From the NCBI GenBank assembly GCA_029821495.1, contig JALGTG010000002.1:1-62982 (forward strand): DNA of 62,982 nt, given 5' to 3'. This DNA comes from Candidatus Hebobacteria bacterium (GTDB lineage: Bacteria > Armatimonadota > Hebobacteria > Hebobacterales > Hebobacteraceae). Position 1 is the first letter of the stretch; the number at the start of each line of letters is the position of its first letter. Shown here in pieces: positions 10,020 to 19,850 of the stretch. The notes under the pieces are model-generated. The model was not told the DNA's origin and did not search any database. It saw only the letters and a list, made by a program, of their open reading frames with translations. Position numbers and translations under genes: made by a program.

Positions 10020-10979
10020 TTACGAGGGCCCGCTTGCCTCGTCCTCCGAGATCGCGCGCAGGACGGCTCGGCCCACCTGCCCCAGCGACTCCGGCGAGCA
10101 CTTGTCAGGGGTATCGGCCAGCGTGTGCCAGTGGGGATAGTCGAAATCGATCACATCCACGCACGGGATACCTCTGAGCAGCAGGAACACATGATCGTCG
10201 AGGATGCGCGGGCCCACTTCGTGCACGAACGCTCTGCTGCCCGCGCGGCGGGCCGCGCCCCAGATGCGCTCCACGACGGCCGGCGCCTTCTCAACGGAGT
10301 ACCGTTCGTACGGGAGTCGCAGGTCCCGGTCTCCCACCATGTCCAGCACCGCCCCCCAGCTCACCGGCGGCCCGGTGTACCCCTCCGCAAAGGCCCGCGA
10401 CCCGAGGAACATACCCGAGGCCGTCTCACCATAGTCCTCTCCATCGAACAGCACGATGGTAACTCGTTGACTCGGAGGATCGGCCGCCAGGGAGCGCGCG
10501 ATCTCGAGCAGCACGGCGACACCCGAGGCGCCGTCGTTGGCGCCGAGGATCGCCTGTTTGCGGTTCGCCGGATCGGGATCGCGGTCCGCAGTCGGACGCG
10601 TATCCCAGTGCGCTCCCAGCAGAATGTGGCGCTCCCCCTTCGGGTTGAACGTGGCCACGATGTTCGCAAGCGGCAGCCACCTGTCACCCGCCTTCGCCCT
10701 GAACCGGTGCACCACCACCTCATCCGCCCGCGAACGCAACTCCTCCGAGAGCCAGCGGCAACACTGCTCGTGAGCGGGCGTGCCGGGAACGCGGGTGCCG
10801 AACTGGCACTGCTTCACCAGGTGCTGGTATGCTGCCTTCGAGTCGAATGCGCGGCACTTGAGTCGCGCTGCTCCGCCCGCGTGGGCCGAGCCGATGACCG
10901 GCAGCAGCGCGCACAACAGCGCCGGCGAATAGCGCGCTATCCGCCCCCGGCGAACCCGTCCGGCGGCCGCCGCCGTCAA
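10020..10979 (-). CDS. M28-family peptidase / glutaminyl-peptide cyclotransferase-like protein
   Basis: Motifs LLGAHWDTRPTADRD, GANDGASGVAVLLEIAR and LFDGEDYGE. The ORF extends to 11135 but would overlap the upstream gene. The TTG at 10979 forms a TTGA overlap with that gene's stop and precedes a signal-like segment (ALLCALLPVIGSAHA). The start remains uncertain. Confidence 0.7.
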   Translation of the reverse strand: MTAAAAGRVRRGRIARYSPALLCALLPVIGSAHAGGAARLKCRAFDSKAAYQHLVKQCQFGTRVPGTPAHEQCCRWLSEELRSRADEVVVHRFRAKAGDRWLPLANIVATFNPKGERHILLGAHWDTRPTADRDPDPANRKQAILGANDGASGVAVLLEIARSLAADPPSQRVTIVLFDGEDYGETASGMFLGSRAFAEGYTGPPVSWGAVLDMVGDRDLRLPYERYSVEKAPAVVERIWGAARRAGSRAFVHEVGPRILDDHVFLLLRGIPCVDVIDFDYPHWHTLADTPDKCSPESLGQVGRAVLRAISEDEASGPS

Positions 10980-11410
10980 TCCGCCCGCCGAAGCTGGCTC
11001 ACACCTGTCTCGGCCTCCGCGCGGCGACAGAGCTTCATCCCTTCCACGCGCGCGATCACGATCTCGGCCAGGTACAGGACGCGACATCCCGGCTCCAGAT
11101 GGCCCGCGTACACCTTGTCCTTGATGGATAAGCACGTGTGCAGATGCGGCGTATGGTCCGCGATCAGCCCGTCAATGCTCAACAGCTCGATCGGCCCTTC
11201 GTGCTCAACGAACTCGTTCTCCGGCACACGCGCACTCGACGTGATGAAGTGCAGCCGCGCTCTGTCCAGCGTGCCGATCCCCGACACTACCACCCCCGTG
11301 TCTATGTCTTGCTCCTTCGCCGCAGCCTCTATCGAGCCGAGCACATCCTCGCCTCTGTCGAGCCGTACCGCGATCACCTCGCCCATGCGCCCGCCGCCAA
11401 AGACCTCCAT
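10976..11410 (-). CDS. PPC (DUF296) domain protein
   Basis: 144-aa ORF resembling PPC/DUF296 proteins (VIAVRLDRGEDVLGSIEAAAKE..GVVVSGIGTL..HLHTCLS). Confidence 0.75.
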   Translation of the reverse strand: MEVFGGGRMGEVIAVRLDRGEDVLGSIEAAAKEQDIDTGVVVSGIGTLDRARLHFITSSARVPENEFVEHEGPIELLSIDGLIADHTPHLHTCLSIKDKVYAGHLEPGCRVLYLAEIVIARVEGMKLCRRAEAETGVSQLRRAD

Positions 11411-11520
11411 TCCTCTCTTCCTCCCGCGCTGCTGCCCTCTCTGCCTGTTCTTCGCCCCGCGCAGATCGACCCCTGCTAGCAGTAGCTAGCCGCGACGGGC
11501 CGGTCGCAGTCGCGGCAGAG

Positions 11521-11544
11521 CGCGGCGGGACCCACTTCCCGCCG
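11521..11544 (-). terminator. terminator-like hairpin downstream of the zinc-ribbon gene
   Basis: 9-bp stem GCGGCGGGA / TCCCGCCGC with a 6-nt loop, about 40 nt past the stop at 11586. Confidence 0.45.
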
Positions 11545-11585
11545 CGCCCATCACTGAATACCGGGGGCCTCGGGCCCGCGCCCGC

Positions 11586-11906
11586 CTACATCACGCGGGC
11601 CGCCGCCCAGATGACTGCGGCCAATGCCACCACGCCGATACCGACGAACACCCAGAACTTGTCGAGCCCCGACTTCGCCGCGGCCTTCTCAAGCGGCGCA
11701 TTGCACTCCTTGCACTTGAAGCGCGTATACTCGTTCACCGCTCCGCACTTCGGGCATTTCATCCCGACTAGTTCCGGCCGTCGCCGTACTCTTTCCCAAC
11801 GCGTTTCCGACTTGCTGCCGATCTTCACCGGGAGGATTGCATTGCACGACCGACACCGAGTCAGCCCCTCCTCGTTCACAGTGTTGCACTTCCTACAGAT
11901 AGCCAT
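11586..11906 (-). CDS. double zinc-ribbon protein with a C-terminal transmembrane anchor
   Basis: Two CxxC..CxxC ribbons (CRKC..CRSC and CPKC..CKEC) and a C-terminal TM segment (FWVFVGIGVVALAAVIWAA). ATG at 11906 is preceded by GGAGG about 9 nt upstream. The ORF track's start at 11924 is a TTG. Confidence 0.6.
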   Translation of the reverse strand: MAICRKCNTVNEEGLTRCRSCNAILPVKIGSKSETRWERVRRRPELVGMKCPKCGAVNEYTRFKCKECNAPLEKAAAKSGLDKFWVFVGIGVVALAAVIWAAARVM

Positions 11907-12230
11907 CTTCGCCAACGCCTCCAATACCCATTAGCTGGTGGTGGTCCGGTCACTCGCGCGCCTCTCCTATCACCGCGAAGGACCAGCCCCATCTCCTGCA
12001 ACGTGGCTGGCCGTGGGGAGCACGTGCATCCTTCAGCGTGGCCGTGCAGCCACTCTGACAGATACCCCGGGGCACGGAGTGTCCAAACTGCACTCTGCGA
12101 TTCGCTGTGCACGTGTTCCATTCCTTCTCCTATCTTCGGAACACGTTCCCGACGACCGAAGGAAACCCCATCGGAGCACAGAACGTTCCTCAATGTCACG
12201 TGTCTATACCAGAACAGGGAGTTGCTAGGT

Positions 12231-15200
12231 ATGTTCCGTGTTTCCGCCTCCTGTAACCTCCTGCTTGTCCTTCTTCTAGGCGCACTCGCCGCCGTTGCCC
12301 AGCCCGTCACTGGGCGGGAGGGCGTGTGCCCGCGGGCGGCCTTCCCGCCGGTGCTCGATGGTCGCTTGAACGACTGGCAGCCCCTGCCGCAGCTTGTCAT
12401 GTCGGACACGACTTACTGGCAGGGCGCCGCCGTTGAGTACGCCGAGTACGGCGGCCCCGACGACATGTCCGCCGAGGTTCGCCTCCTCTGGGACAGCCGA
12501 TCTCTGTACCTCGCCATCAGCGCCCGCGACGACTCCTTCGTTCGCGTGGGCGAGGCCGACCAGATCGACCGCGGCGACAGCCTCGTCCTCACCTTCACGG
12601 ACGCAGGAACTGCGGATGTCAACCAGTTCGTCGTCGCTTGGCTCAGAGATGGCTCCCTGGTCTGGCGCGCCGAGCCCGCGGGTGGTGCCGGGAGCGTCAA
12701 GACGATCACGCGGGCCCTCTCGGCGGAGCCCCAGGACAACGGTGCCACCGTTGTGACCTACGAACTCGCCATTCCCTGGTCCGAACTGAAGCCCACTCGC
12801 CCCATCCCGGGGGCCCGCCTCGACCTCGTGATCTCGGCCTGCGATGTTGATGACCAGGATCTCGAAGGCTGCCTCGAAGCCTCGCTGCCCATCCTCATGT
12901 CGGCCGTCGGCATCGCCGAGCCCCGAGTCGAAGTCGAAACTCCGGCCTCGCCCATGCTGTCCCCCGCATTCCCCCTCCCGGCCGTCGCCCGCTTCGACCG
13001 CAAGTGCTTTGCCTTCCTCGATCAACCGGTCATCATCTTCGCCGGACAGGTGGACTACGCGCGCCTCCCTCGGGAAGCCTGGCCCGACCGCCTCGCCCAG
13101 CTCGAGTCTGCCGGCATGAACGCCGTCAGCATCACTGTGCCCTGGTCCCGCTGCCAGCCATCCCCCGGAGAGGTCAATCTCACCGACCTTGAGGAGTTCC
13201 TCGACCTGTGCAAGCAGATGGGCCTGTTGGCGCAAGTGCACGTCGGGCCCTTCGCCGGCGAAGACTGGGAGGCCGGCGCGGTTCCCGAATGGGTCCTCAA
13301 CACGGCCTCGCGCGGCGACAGAGCGCATGCGATCGTTGAATGGTACGACGCGGTCCTCCCCGTAGTTGCCCAGCATCAGCTCACGAACGATGGACCGGTA
13401 GCCACCCTCATCTTGCGCCCACTACCGGCCGCAGATGCTGCCCTCCTGGAGGTAATGGCCGCCAGGCTCAACTCGGCCGGCATCGCGGTCCCCGTGCTCA
13501 GCGCGAACGCCCCCGCCGCACGGGACAACACCAGGCGGCCCCTCGCTAACCTCCTGGATACGCTCAGTTTCTATGCCCCGCCGGACCCCGCCGAGCTGGC
13601 CGCCGGCCTCCGGGCCCTTTCCCAAGACGAAAACGGACCCGCGACTGTGACCGCGCTTCCCGGCGACTATCGCACACAGACGGCCGCTCGCAGAAGCTTC
13701 GACCTGGCCAAGGTCGCACTTGCTAACGGTGCCGCGGCGTTCACCATCTCCGATTTCGCTCCCGGCCTCGACGCCGACCGCGTCCGCCGACCTGGCGACT
13801 GGACGGGCCTCGGCATCATCGACCCCGCCGGCGGCCGCACCCCGGGGTGGGCCGAACTCCGGCTCCTCGGTGCCTTCCTCCAGCACTTCGGTCCCGCACT
13901 CGCCTGCGCCATGCCCGCCGAAGGCGTCGTACAGGCCGACGATCCTCAGGTCCAGGTGGCCGCGCGGCTCACAAACCAGGAGAGCTTCATCTTCCTCTGG
14001 GATGAGCAGGCCGCTGCAGCGCACCAAGTGCGCCTCACCTACATCGAGCCCGGCGTCGGCGCCCCCATGAGCATCCCACAAGCGGGCGCTATCTACCTCC
14101 CGTCCGGCGGCGCCAGGGTGATCCCCCTGGATGTCCCAGTCGGCCGCGGGGTCCTTCGCTACACCACCTCGGAGATCGCTGGCGTTTACCCCTCCGGTGA
14201 GCGCACTATCCTCGTGCTTTACGGGGACCCTGACACACCGGGCGAGATCGCCCTCCGCTGGCCCGGCCCGCCGCTTGTTCTGGGCGAGACGATTCGCCAG
14301 AGCTGGGATGCTGACACCAAGACACTTATCCTCGACTACTACCACGGCAGCGACGACCAGTGCCTGCTCGTGGATGAACTCGAGATCCTTGTCCTTTCTC
14401 GCCCGCGCGCAGCGGCCGCCGTCGCCGTTACCTCCGACATCGGCACCGTAGCTCTCACTGCCGGCGCGCATGTCCACCGCGCATCCCTCGACCCCGGTGG
14501 CGTGCGAGTCGTCCTGGAGTGCCCCGAAGGCCCGCTTCACGGAACCGCGGTGCTGCCCGGCCCGCCTTCGGCCGTCGCAATCGACGGCGAGCCGGTCGAA
14601 TTCACCTTCACCAGCCCCGCGCGCGTGCTCTCATTCGACATCGCGACGCAGAGCTTCGAAAGCGGCCAGCGCCCAGCATCTCTCTGGCGACAAGTGGGCC
14701 AGTCCATACTCGGAGGTCCACCCAAGCTGCATGCACGCTTCGACCGCAGCTGGTTCATGCCTGACACGGAAGCGCCCCAAGCACCTTGGACACAGCTGCA
14801 AGGCATAGGTGCCGCGCCCGATGCCCTCGGCCTGACCGCTGGATCGTTCATCAGACTCCGAACCAGCTTCAGCGCGCCCGCCCCGGCCGACATGGTTGTT
14901 CTCGGATCGACCGATCCGGCAGTCGTGTCCATCAACGGCCGGCTCGTCCCCGAGCTCTCCGGGCCCGCGCCGGAAAAGCATGCGGATGTCTCGGAGCTCC
15001 TCAGCCTTGGCGCTAACGAGATCGACATCCTGCTTCACCTCCTGCCCCGCGCCCCGGGTGCCGCTGGCCTGGCGGCTCCCGCTAGGCGCCTGCCCGAGGT
15101 CATGCTCACGTCGCCCGACGGCCAGATTGTCCTCGACAACTGGGAGCTCTCCCACGGGCTCCGCGGGGAGGCCGCCGGCTGGGCCGACCCCGGCGCCAAC

Positions 15201-15575
15201 ACGCGCCTCTGGCATCTCCTCCGCTTCGGCCCCTGGCGCGCCCAGGGGGCCGTCCCGGCCAAGGTTTGGGGGGCAGCGTGGTACCGCGTTCCGTTCGGCC
15301 TGCCTCCGCCCGAAGACTGGCAGATCGCCTACCGTCTGCGCCTCACCCTCGATGGCACCGCCCGCCTCTATCTGAACGGCACGCCGCTGGCCACCTGCCA
15401 CGGCGCCGGCGAATACGCGCTGCCCCTGCCCGCGCCGCCCCTCGAGCGGAGCGCGGACAACGTTCTCGCGGTCGCCGCCTATGGACTGGCGGATGACACG
15501 GGCTTGCACCATCTCGAGATCACCGCTGACAAGCAGCGCATGACCCGTCGCCGCGTCTTGGACATTCGTTTCTGA
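12231..15575 (+). CDS. secreted GH35 (beta-galactosidase)-like multidomain protein with an N-terminal CBM9-like module; catalytic residues apparently missing
   Basis: Signal peptide at ATG 12231 (MFRVSASCNLLLVLLLGALAAVAQP). CBM9-like module (PPVLDGRLNDWQPLP..YLAISARDD..YELAIPW). GH35-like barrel (IFAGQVDYARLPREAWPDRLAQLESAGMNAVSITVPW..GLLAQVHVGPFAGEDWEAGAVPEWV). C-terminal beta-sandwich domains. Confidence 0.8.
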   Translation: MFRVSASCNLLLVLLLGALAAVAQPVTGREGVCPRAAFPPVLDGRLNDWQPLPQLVMSDTTYWQGAAVEYAEYGGPDDMSAEVRLLWDSRSLYLAISARDDSFVRVGEADQIDRGDSLVLTFTDAGTADVNQFVVAWLRDGSLVWRAEPAGGAGSVKTITRALSAEPQDNGATVVTYELAIPWSELKPTRPIPGARLDLVISACDVDDQDLEGCLEASLPILMSAVGIAEPRVEVETPASPMLSPAFPLPAVARFDRKCFAFLDQPVIIFAGQVDYARLPREAWPDRLAQLESAGMNAVSITVPWSRCQPSPGEVNLTDLEEFLDLCKQMGLLAQVHVGPFAGEDWEAGAVPEWVLNTASRGDRAHAIVEWYDAVLPVVAQHQLTNDGPVATLILRPLPAADAALLEVMAARLNSAGIAVPVLSANAPAARDNTRRPLANLLDTLSFYAPPDPAELAAGLRALSQDENGPATVTALPGDYRTQTAARRSFDLAKVALANGAAAFTISDFAPGLDADRVRRPGDWTGLGIIDPAGGRTPGWAELRLLGAFLQHFGPALACAMPAEGVVQADDPQVQVAARLTNQESFIFLWDEQAAAAHQVRLTYIEPGVGAPMSIPQAGAIYLPSGGARVIPLDVPVGRGVLRYTTSEIAGVYPSGERTILVLYGDPDTPGEIALRWPGPPLVLGETIRQSWDADTKTLILDYYHGSDDQCLLVDELEILVLSRPRAAAAVAVTSDIGTVALTAGAHVHRASLDPGGVRVVLECPEGPLHGTAVLPGPPSAVAIDGEPVEFTFTSPARVLSFDIATQSFESGQRPASLWRQVGQSILGGPPKLHARFDRSWFMPDTEAPQAPWTQLQGIGAAPDALGLTAGSFIRLRTSFSAPAPADMVVLGSTDPAVVSINGRLVPELSGPAPEKHADVSELLSLGANEIDILLHLLPRAPGAAGLAAPARRLPEVMLTSPDGQIVLDNWELSHGLRGEAAGWADPGANTRLWHLLRFGPWRAQGAVPAKVWGAAWYRVPFGLPPPEDWQIAYRLRLTLDGTARLYLNGTPLATCHGAGEYALPLPAPPLERSADNVLAVAAYGLADDTGLHHLEITADKQRMTRRRVLDIRF

Positions 15576-15638
15576 AGCCGCGCCGCCCTGTCTTGACAAC
15601 AGGGGGCCAACTGCTAGACTAAGTATGTCGGACACGGA

Positions 15639-15714
15639 GCGGAAATAGCTCAGTTGGTAGAGCAACAGCTTCCCAAGCTGTGGGTCGCGGGTTCGAATCC
15701 CGTTTTCCGCTCCA
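15639..15714 (+). tRNA. tRNA-Gly (anticodon CCC), CCA encoded
   Basis: Cloverleaf folded by hand. Acceptor GCGGAAA/TTTCCGC, D-arm GCTC-AGTTGGTA-GAGC, anticodon stem ACAGC/GCTGT with loop TTCCCAA, T-arm GCGGG-TTCGAAT-CCCGT, discriminator T then CCA. Confidence 0.9.
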
Positions 15715-15726
15715 GTTGCTGTGTGT

Positions 15727-15798
<72 letters not shown>

Positions 15799-15942
15799 CA
15801 GCTATCTAGCACTTCTACTGCCGTGCCCGCGTGGGCAGGATGCGCAACCGCCGCCAACCGTCGTGGTCAGTGACGGGGGTGCGTGACCATCCCCACTGCC
15901 TCGTCCCCTCCCCATTCTTCCCTGCTGTTCATACACAAACTA

Positions 15943-15971
15943 TTGACGATATAACAATTCTACCCTAAAGT
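15943..15971 (+). promoter_or_regulatory. candidate sigma70-type promoter of the MarR/efflux locus
   Basis: TTGACG, a 17-nt spacer, then TAAAGT, in an AT-rich island of an otherwise GC-rich region, just upstream of the marR SD (GGAGG) and ATG 15989. The leader would be very short, so confidence is low. Confidence 0.35.
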
Positions 15972-15988
15972 ATTGATGGAGGTGCCCT

Positions 15989-16450
15989 ATGGCAAGCACC
16001 GAGCAATCGGCGATGCGAGTATGGCGGAGCTTCGTGAGCGCCAAGGCCGAGATAGGCCGGACACTGCAGCGGGGATGGCGCGCCTCCGGTCTGACGGGTG
16101 CACAGCTCGGGGTTCTGCGGGTGCTGGCCGAGGCCAGCAATGAAGGTGCCCAACTCCACGAGATCTCGGAGCGCTTGTACGTTACGCCCGGCAACCTGAC
16201 CGGGATTGTCGACCGACTGGAAGAGGCCGGTCACCTGAGCCGCGCCCCGCACCCCGGTGACAAACGCGCGACACTCGCCTTGCTGACCCCGGCCGGGCGG
16301 GAGCTATTCGAGCAGGTATACCCTTCGCATACTGCCCGTGTTAGACAGCTGATGTCGGCGCTTACTGTCAGCGAACAGAAACTCCTCGCTGACCTTCTCT
16401 CGCGCTTGGCCGTACGGGCCGCGGAGATGCATGAACAGCCGGTTGGCTAG
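15989..16450 (+). CDS. MarR family transcriptional regulator
   Basis: 153-aa winged-helix protein (LTGAQLGVLRVL..ISERLYVTPGNLTGIVDRLEEAGHLSRAPHPGDKRA). Confidence 0.9.
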   Translation: MASTEQSAMRVWRSFVSAKAEIGRTLQRGWRASGLTGAQLGVLRVLAEASNEGAQLHEISERLYVTPGNLTGIVDRLEEAGHLSRAPHPGDKRATLALLTPAGRELFEQVYPSHTARVRQLMSALTVSEQKLLADLLSRLAVRAAEMHEQPVG

Positions 16451-16899
16451 GATGGCGGAGCGCACATCAGTCCGACATGGAAGACGTCGGATCATTGCAT
16501 GCCCACCTATAGGCGCGCTCTCCGAGGGCGCGTGTGTCGGCGGTCGCCACCCTCGGGAGTCGCAGTGGGTGCGCGAGTGTGGGGCCCCCGGGCATCCCCG
16601 AGCGCTTTGGCTGGCGAGCCAGACGAAGCGGCCGTCCGGCCAACGCGGGTGAACCGGTGAGCTTGTGCGGCGCGGACACCAGATGTCGAGTTCTGTGGAG
16701 AATGCTTGGGCGCTCGAGGGAATGGCGATGGACGGCCCGTCGTCTTACCTAGTTGACTGCCAGCACGGTGCGGTATGGTCCCGGGGCTGCAATACAGCCA
16801 CCGGTGTTCCTACCTTGGTGCACGCTGTTGGCTGTCGATCGCACAGGACAGTCCGAGTCGGCGGATTCGCCCATCAATGTATGGACTGATTGGAGAGCT

Positions 16900-18408
16900 A
16901 TGAGAACCGGCCTCGTCATCGGCGTTCTAGTCGTTCTTGCGGCCCCTGTGGCGGCCACCGACAGCGCAGGTCTCTCGCCGGAGATGTGGGACCGAGTGCG
17001 CGCGGCTGAGCCGGCGGCTATCGAACTGGCACCGACGCCGTCGCAGGGGGCCTCAGCGATGCTCAGCCTGAATGAGTGCATCGCTCTCGCCTTTCGTTAC
17101 AACTCAGGTTTCCGGCAGGATCAGGAGAGACTCATCAACGCCCGGCGAGGGCTGTGGACAGCGGATCAGCGCTTCTACCCGACTCTGTCCTCCCAGGCAG
17201 AGCGCTCGAAGAACCCAGGAGGCACAGCTGAGACGGACGTATCCGCGAGCCTTGAGACCCGTTGGGAAGCCCTAGGCGGCGGCTCGCTCGGCACCAGCGT
17301 CGGCACAGGCACGCAGAATACCTTCGGTGCACTGCTCTCACGAGAGCCATCCATCACGGTTGACTACGAGCAGCCCCTGATGCGCGGTGCCGGGCTAGCA
17401 TCATCAACCGCCGAGCGCATCCGCAGCGCGCGCAGCGGCCTGGCTGCCCAGGAGTTGTCCTTCTACGATGCGCACCAGGACCTAGCGCAGCGCATTATTG
17501 ACGACTACTACTCGGTCCTGTTGGCGCGCGGTGAGGTGAAGATCGCCGAACGTTCGGCGGATCGTGCCAAGCACCTCTACGACATCAACCATGCGAAGTT
17601 CAGCGGGGAGGGCCTGGCACAGCCAGGCGAGGAGTGGGTGAGCCAAGTGGCGGAGATCGACGTGGATCAGGCGCGCTTGAGCTGGGACCGGTCTAAGCAA
17701 CAACTCATCAGCAGGCAGCAGGCATACAGGGATGCCATGGACCGCCTGCTCCTCGACATGGGCTTGCTTCCCGGCGCCACCCCTGACCTCACCACCCCAG
17801 TAGTCTACTCCGCACAGGATCATGATGAGACCGCGCTTGTAGAGACCGCCCTCGTCAACAGCACAGAGCTGGCGCGACTTGAGTTGAGCCGGCAAGATGC
17901 TGTCGCAGACCTCCGGATCGCCCGCAGCGAACGTCATCCGGATGTGCTTGCCACGGTTGGCGTCACCAACCCCGGCGAGACCGCAAGCGAAACCAGCCCT
18001 GGGACCGGCTGGTTTGGCGGCGTCCGCGCCGAACTCCCACTACTCGACCGCCGTCGCCAGGAACGGGTGACCGGCGCGGAGCGATCTCTGGCAGTGCTGG
18101 AGCAGCGCATCGTGGCGACGCGCGACAGGGTGGCACAGGAAGTCCAGCGCCAGGTCAGGGCCGCCGGCAGCTCACAGGCGCGGATCGATATCGGCGAGCG
18201 GTCGGTGACCCTGGCGCGCAAGAGCCGGGAGGCGGCTCAGGGCATGTACGATGAAGGCTTGAGCGACTACCTGCGTGTTCTCGACGCGGAAGATAGGCTG
18301 GTGGAAGCGGAGCGCTCGCTGCTCCAGGAGCAGGTCCAGTACTTCCTTACCAGCGTCCGGCTGCGGCGGGCCCTCGGCGAAGACATTACCCAGGAATTGC
18401 CTGACTAG
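16900..18408 (+). CDS. TolC-family outer membrane efflux protein
   Basis: Start at ATG 16900, with GGAGAG upstream and signal MRTGLVIGVLVVLAAPVAA. OEP-type repeats (LNECIALAFRYNSGFRQ..; LVNSTELARLELSRQDA..). Confidence 0.85.
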   Translation: MRTGLVIGVLVVLAAPVAATDSAGLSPEMWDRVRAAEPAAIELAPTPSQGASAMLSLNECIALAFRYNSGFRQDQERLINARRGLWTADQRFYPTLSSQAERSKNPGGTAETDVSASLETRWEALGGGSLGTSVGTGTQNTFGALLSREPSITVDYEQPLMRGAGLASSTAERIRSARSGLAAQELSFYDAHQDLAQRIIDDYYSVLLARGEVKIAERSADRAKHLYDINHAKFSGEGLAQPGEEWVSQVAEIDVDQARLSWDRSKQQLISRQQAYRDAMDRLLLDMGLLPGATPDLTTPVVYSAQDHDETALVETALVNSTELARLELSRQDAVADLRIARSERHPDVLATVGVTNPGETASETSPGTGWFGGVRAELPLLDRRRQERVTGAERSLAVLEQRIVATRDRVAQEVQRQVRAAGSSQARIDIGERSVTLARKSREAAQGMYDEGLSDYLRVLDAEDRLVEAERSLLQEQVQYFLTSVRLRRALGEDITQELPD

Positions 18409-18425
18409 AGCGGAGCGGAGAGGCG

Positions 18426-19850
18426 ATGTTGAGGCGCTATCTGATAGTCTTGGTGCTCGTGCTGGCAGTTGCCGGCGGCTGGGCTTGGCTGTCTGCGGCC
18501 CAGCGCTCTCCTCGGGCGCGCATCCCGGTCGCCGAAGTGGAGAGCGGGGAGTTCGTTGTCAGCCTGCTCATCGAGGGCACTCTGCAGAGCGACGACTCAA
18601 TGACAGTCAGCACTGGCAGAGCCCCCGGGGAGCTCACTGTCATCGTCCCAGACGGAACGGTCATCCGCGCCGGTGACGTCTTCTGCCGGATCGAGGCGCG
18701 CGAGCTCCGACGAGAGCAGGCTGACGCTGAGCTTTCCTACAAGCAGGCCCGCGAGGAGATCGAGAGCGCCCGCGAGAGCGCTCAGGAGCGTCTTGACAAC
18801 GATCAGCGTTCGCTGGAGCAGGCTGAGAGAAACCTCCAGGTCTGGGAGGAGTCGGTCGCACTACGAACCAAGCAAGCGGAGGAGCAGCTCGACTTCGATC
18901 GCGCCGAGGCAGAGCGACTCCGTCTCGAATACGAGCGCGCCGAGCGAATGGCTGCAAAGGGCTATCAGGCCGCTGCCCAGGCGGACATCGCTAAGGCCGC
19001 CTATGAAGCCCAGGAATTCAAGGTCGAGCAGAGCGCCAAGGACCTGGAGTTGAACCGTCGCGAGATCGAGTCGGAACGCCGCCAGAAGGAGAGCCAGGTG
19101 GCCGCCACACGGCGGCGCACGGAGATCTCGGGCGGGAGGATCGGGCGCCGAGTCGCCCACGCCGAACGCCGCGCCGAAGTGGCCGCCAGGGAACTCGAGC
19201 AGATAGTGGCTTCGCTGGCGGACATCACCATTACTGCCCCCATCTCCGGAACAGTGTCGCTCTTCTCGACCTTCCGGGGTGGCGAGCGGCGGGCCTGGCG
19301 GGAAGGCGATCAGGTCTCTAAGGGCACTCCTCTCGGAAGCATCTCCGGCAGCGAGAACATGTCCGTGCGAGGCCGCGTCAAGGAGGGCGACATCGGACTT
19401 CTCCGCACCAGCCAAGATGCAGAGATAGAGTTCGACGCGCTGGTAGGCCGCACGTTCCCCGGGGTGGTCTCCTCAGTTGGCGCGGTGGCCCGGGAAGTCT
19501 GGATCTGGGAGGACCCGACTGCGGAGGCCAACGAACGCGTCTTCGATGTGCTCGTCAAGGTGAACCAGGCTTCGGCGCCAGGCCTCAAACCGGGTCTCAA
19601 CGCGCGGGCGCGCATCGTATTGGAGCGGCTTCCCTCCGTGTCATTTGTGCCGCTAGAGGCGGTCTTCGATCGAGACGGCAAGAGGTACGCGTACGTAGCA
19701 CAAGGCGAGAAGTTCATCCGTCGCCAGGTCGAGACTGGCGAACGCAATGAGACCTCGGTGGTGGTGCGCGAGGGCCTCTCGCCAGGCGAGACCGTGGCTC
19801 TGTCAGATCCCACTCGTGCCCCTGAGGGATCGATGAGTAAGGCGCCATGA
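18426..19850 (+). CDS. HlyD/MacA-family membrane fusion protein (adaptor 1 of 3)
   Basis: N-terminal TM anchor, lipoyl-like half-motifs (VIRAGDVFCRIE .. ITAPISGTV), a long E/R/A/Q-rich coiled coil and a C-terminal beta-barrel. Confidence 0.85.
   Translation: MLRRYLIVLVLVLAVAGGWAWLSAAQRSPRARIPVAEVESGEFVVSLLIEGTLQSDDSMTVSTGRAPGELTVIVPDGTVIRAGDVFCRIEARELRREQADAELSYKQAREEIESARESAQERLDNDQRSLEQAERNLQVWEESVALRTKQAEEQLDFDRAEAERLRLEYERAERMAAKGYQAAAQADIAKAAYEAQEFKVEQSAKDLELNRREIESERRQKESQVAATRRRTEISGGRIGRRVAHAERRAEVAARELEQIVASLADITITAPISGTVSLFSTFRGGERRAWREGDQVSKGTPLGSISGSENMSVRGRVKEGDIGLLRTSQDAEIEFDALVGRTFPGVVSSVGAVAREVWIWEDPTAEANERVFDVLVKVNQASAPGLKPGLNARARIVLERLPSVSFVPLEAVFDRDGKRYAYVAQGEKFIRRQVETGERNETSVVVREGLSPGETVALSDPTRAPEGSMSKAP

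Noticed and set aside
10980-11135. N-terminal extension of the M28/glutaminyl-cyclase-like ORF back to 11135.
   Set aside because: It would overlap the DUF296 gene by about 160 nt and encodes an R/G-rich segment. A TTG at 10979 forms a TTGA coupling with the upstream stop and precedes a signal-like sequence.
10125-11489. 454-aa plus-strand ORF.
   Set aside because: It is antisense to the M28-like and DUF296 genes. It is R/P/S-rich with low complexity, the typical shadow ORF of GC-rich DNA.
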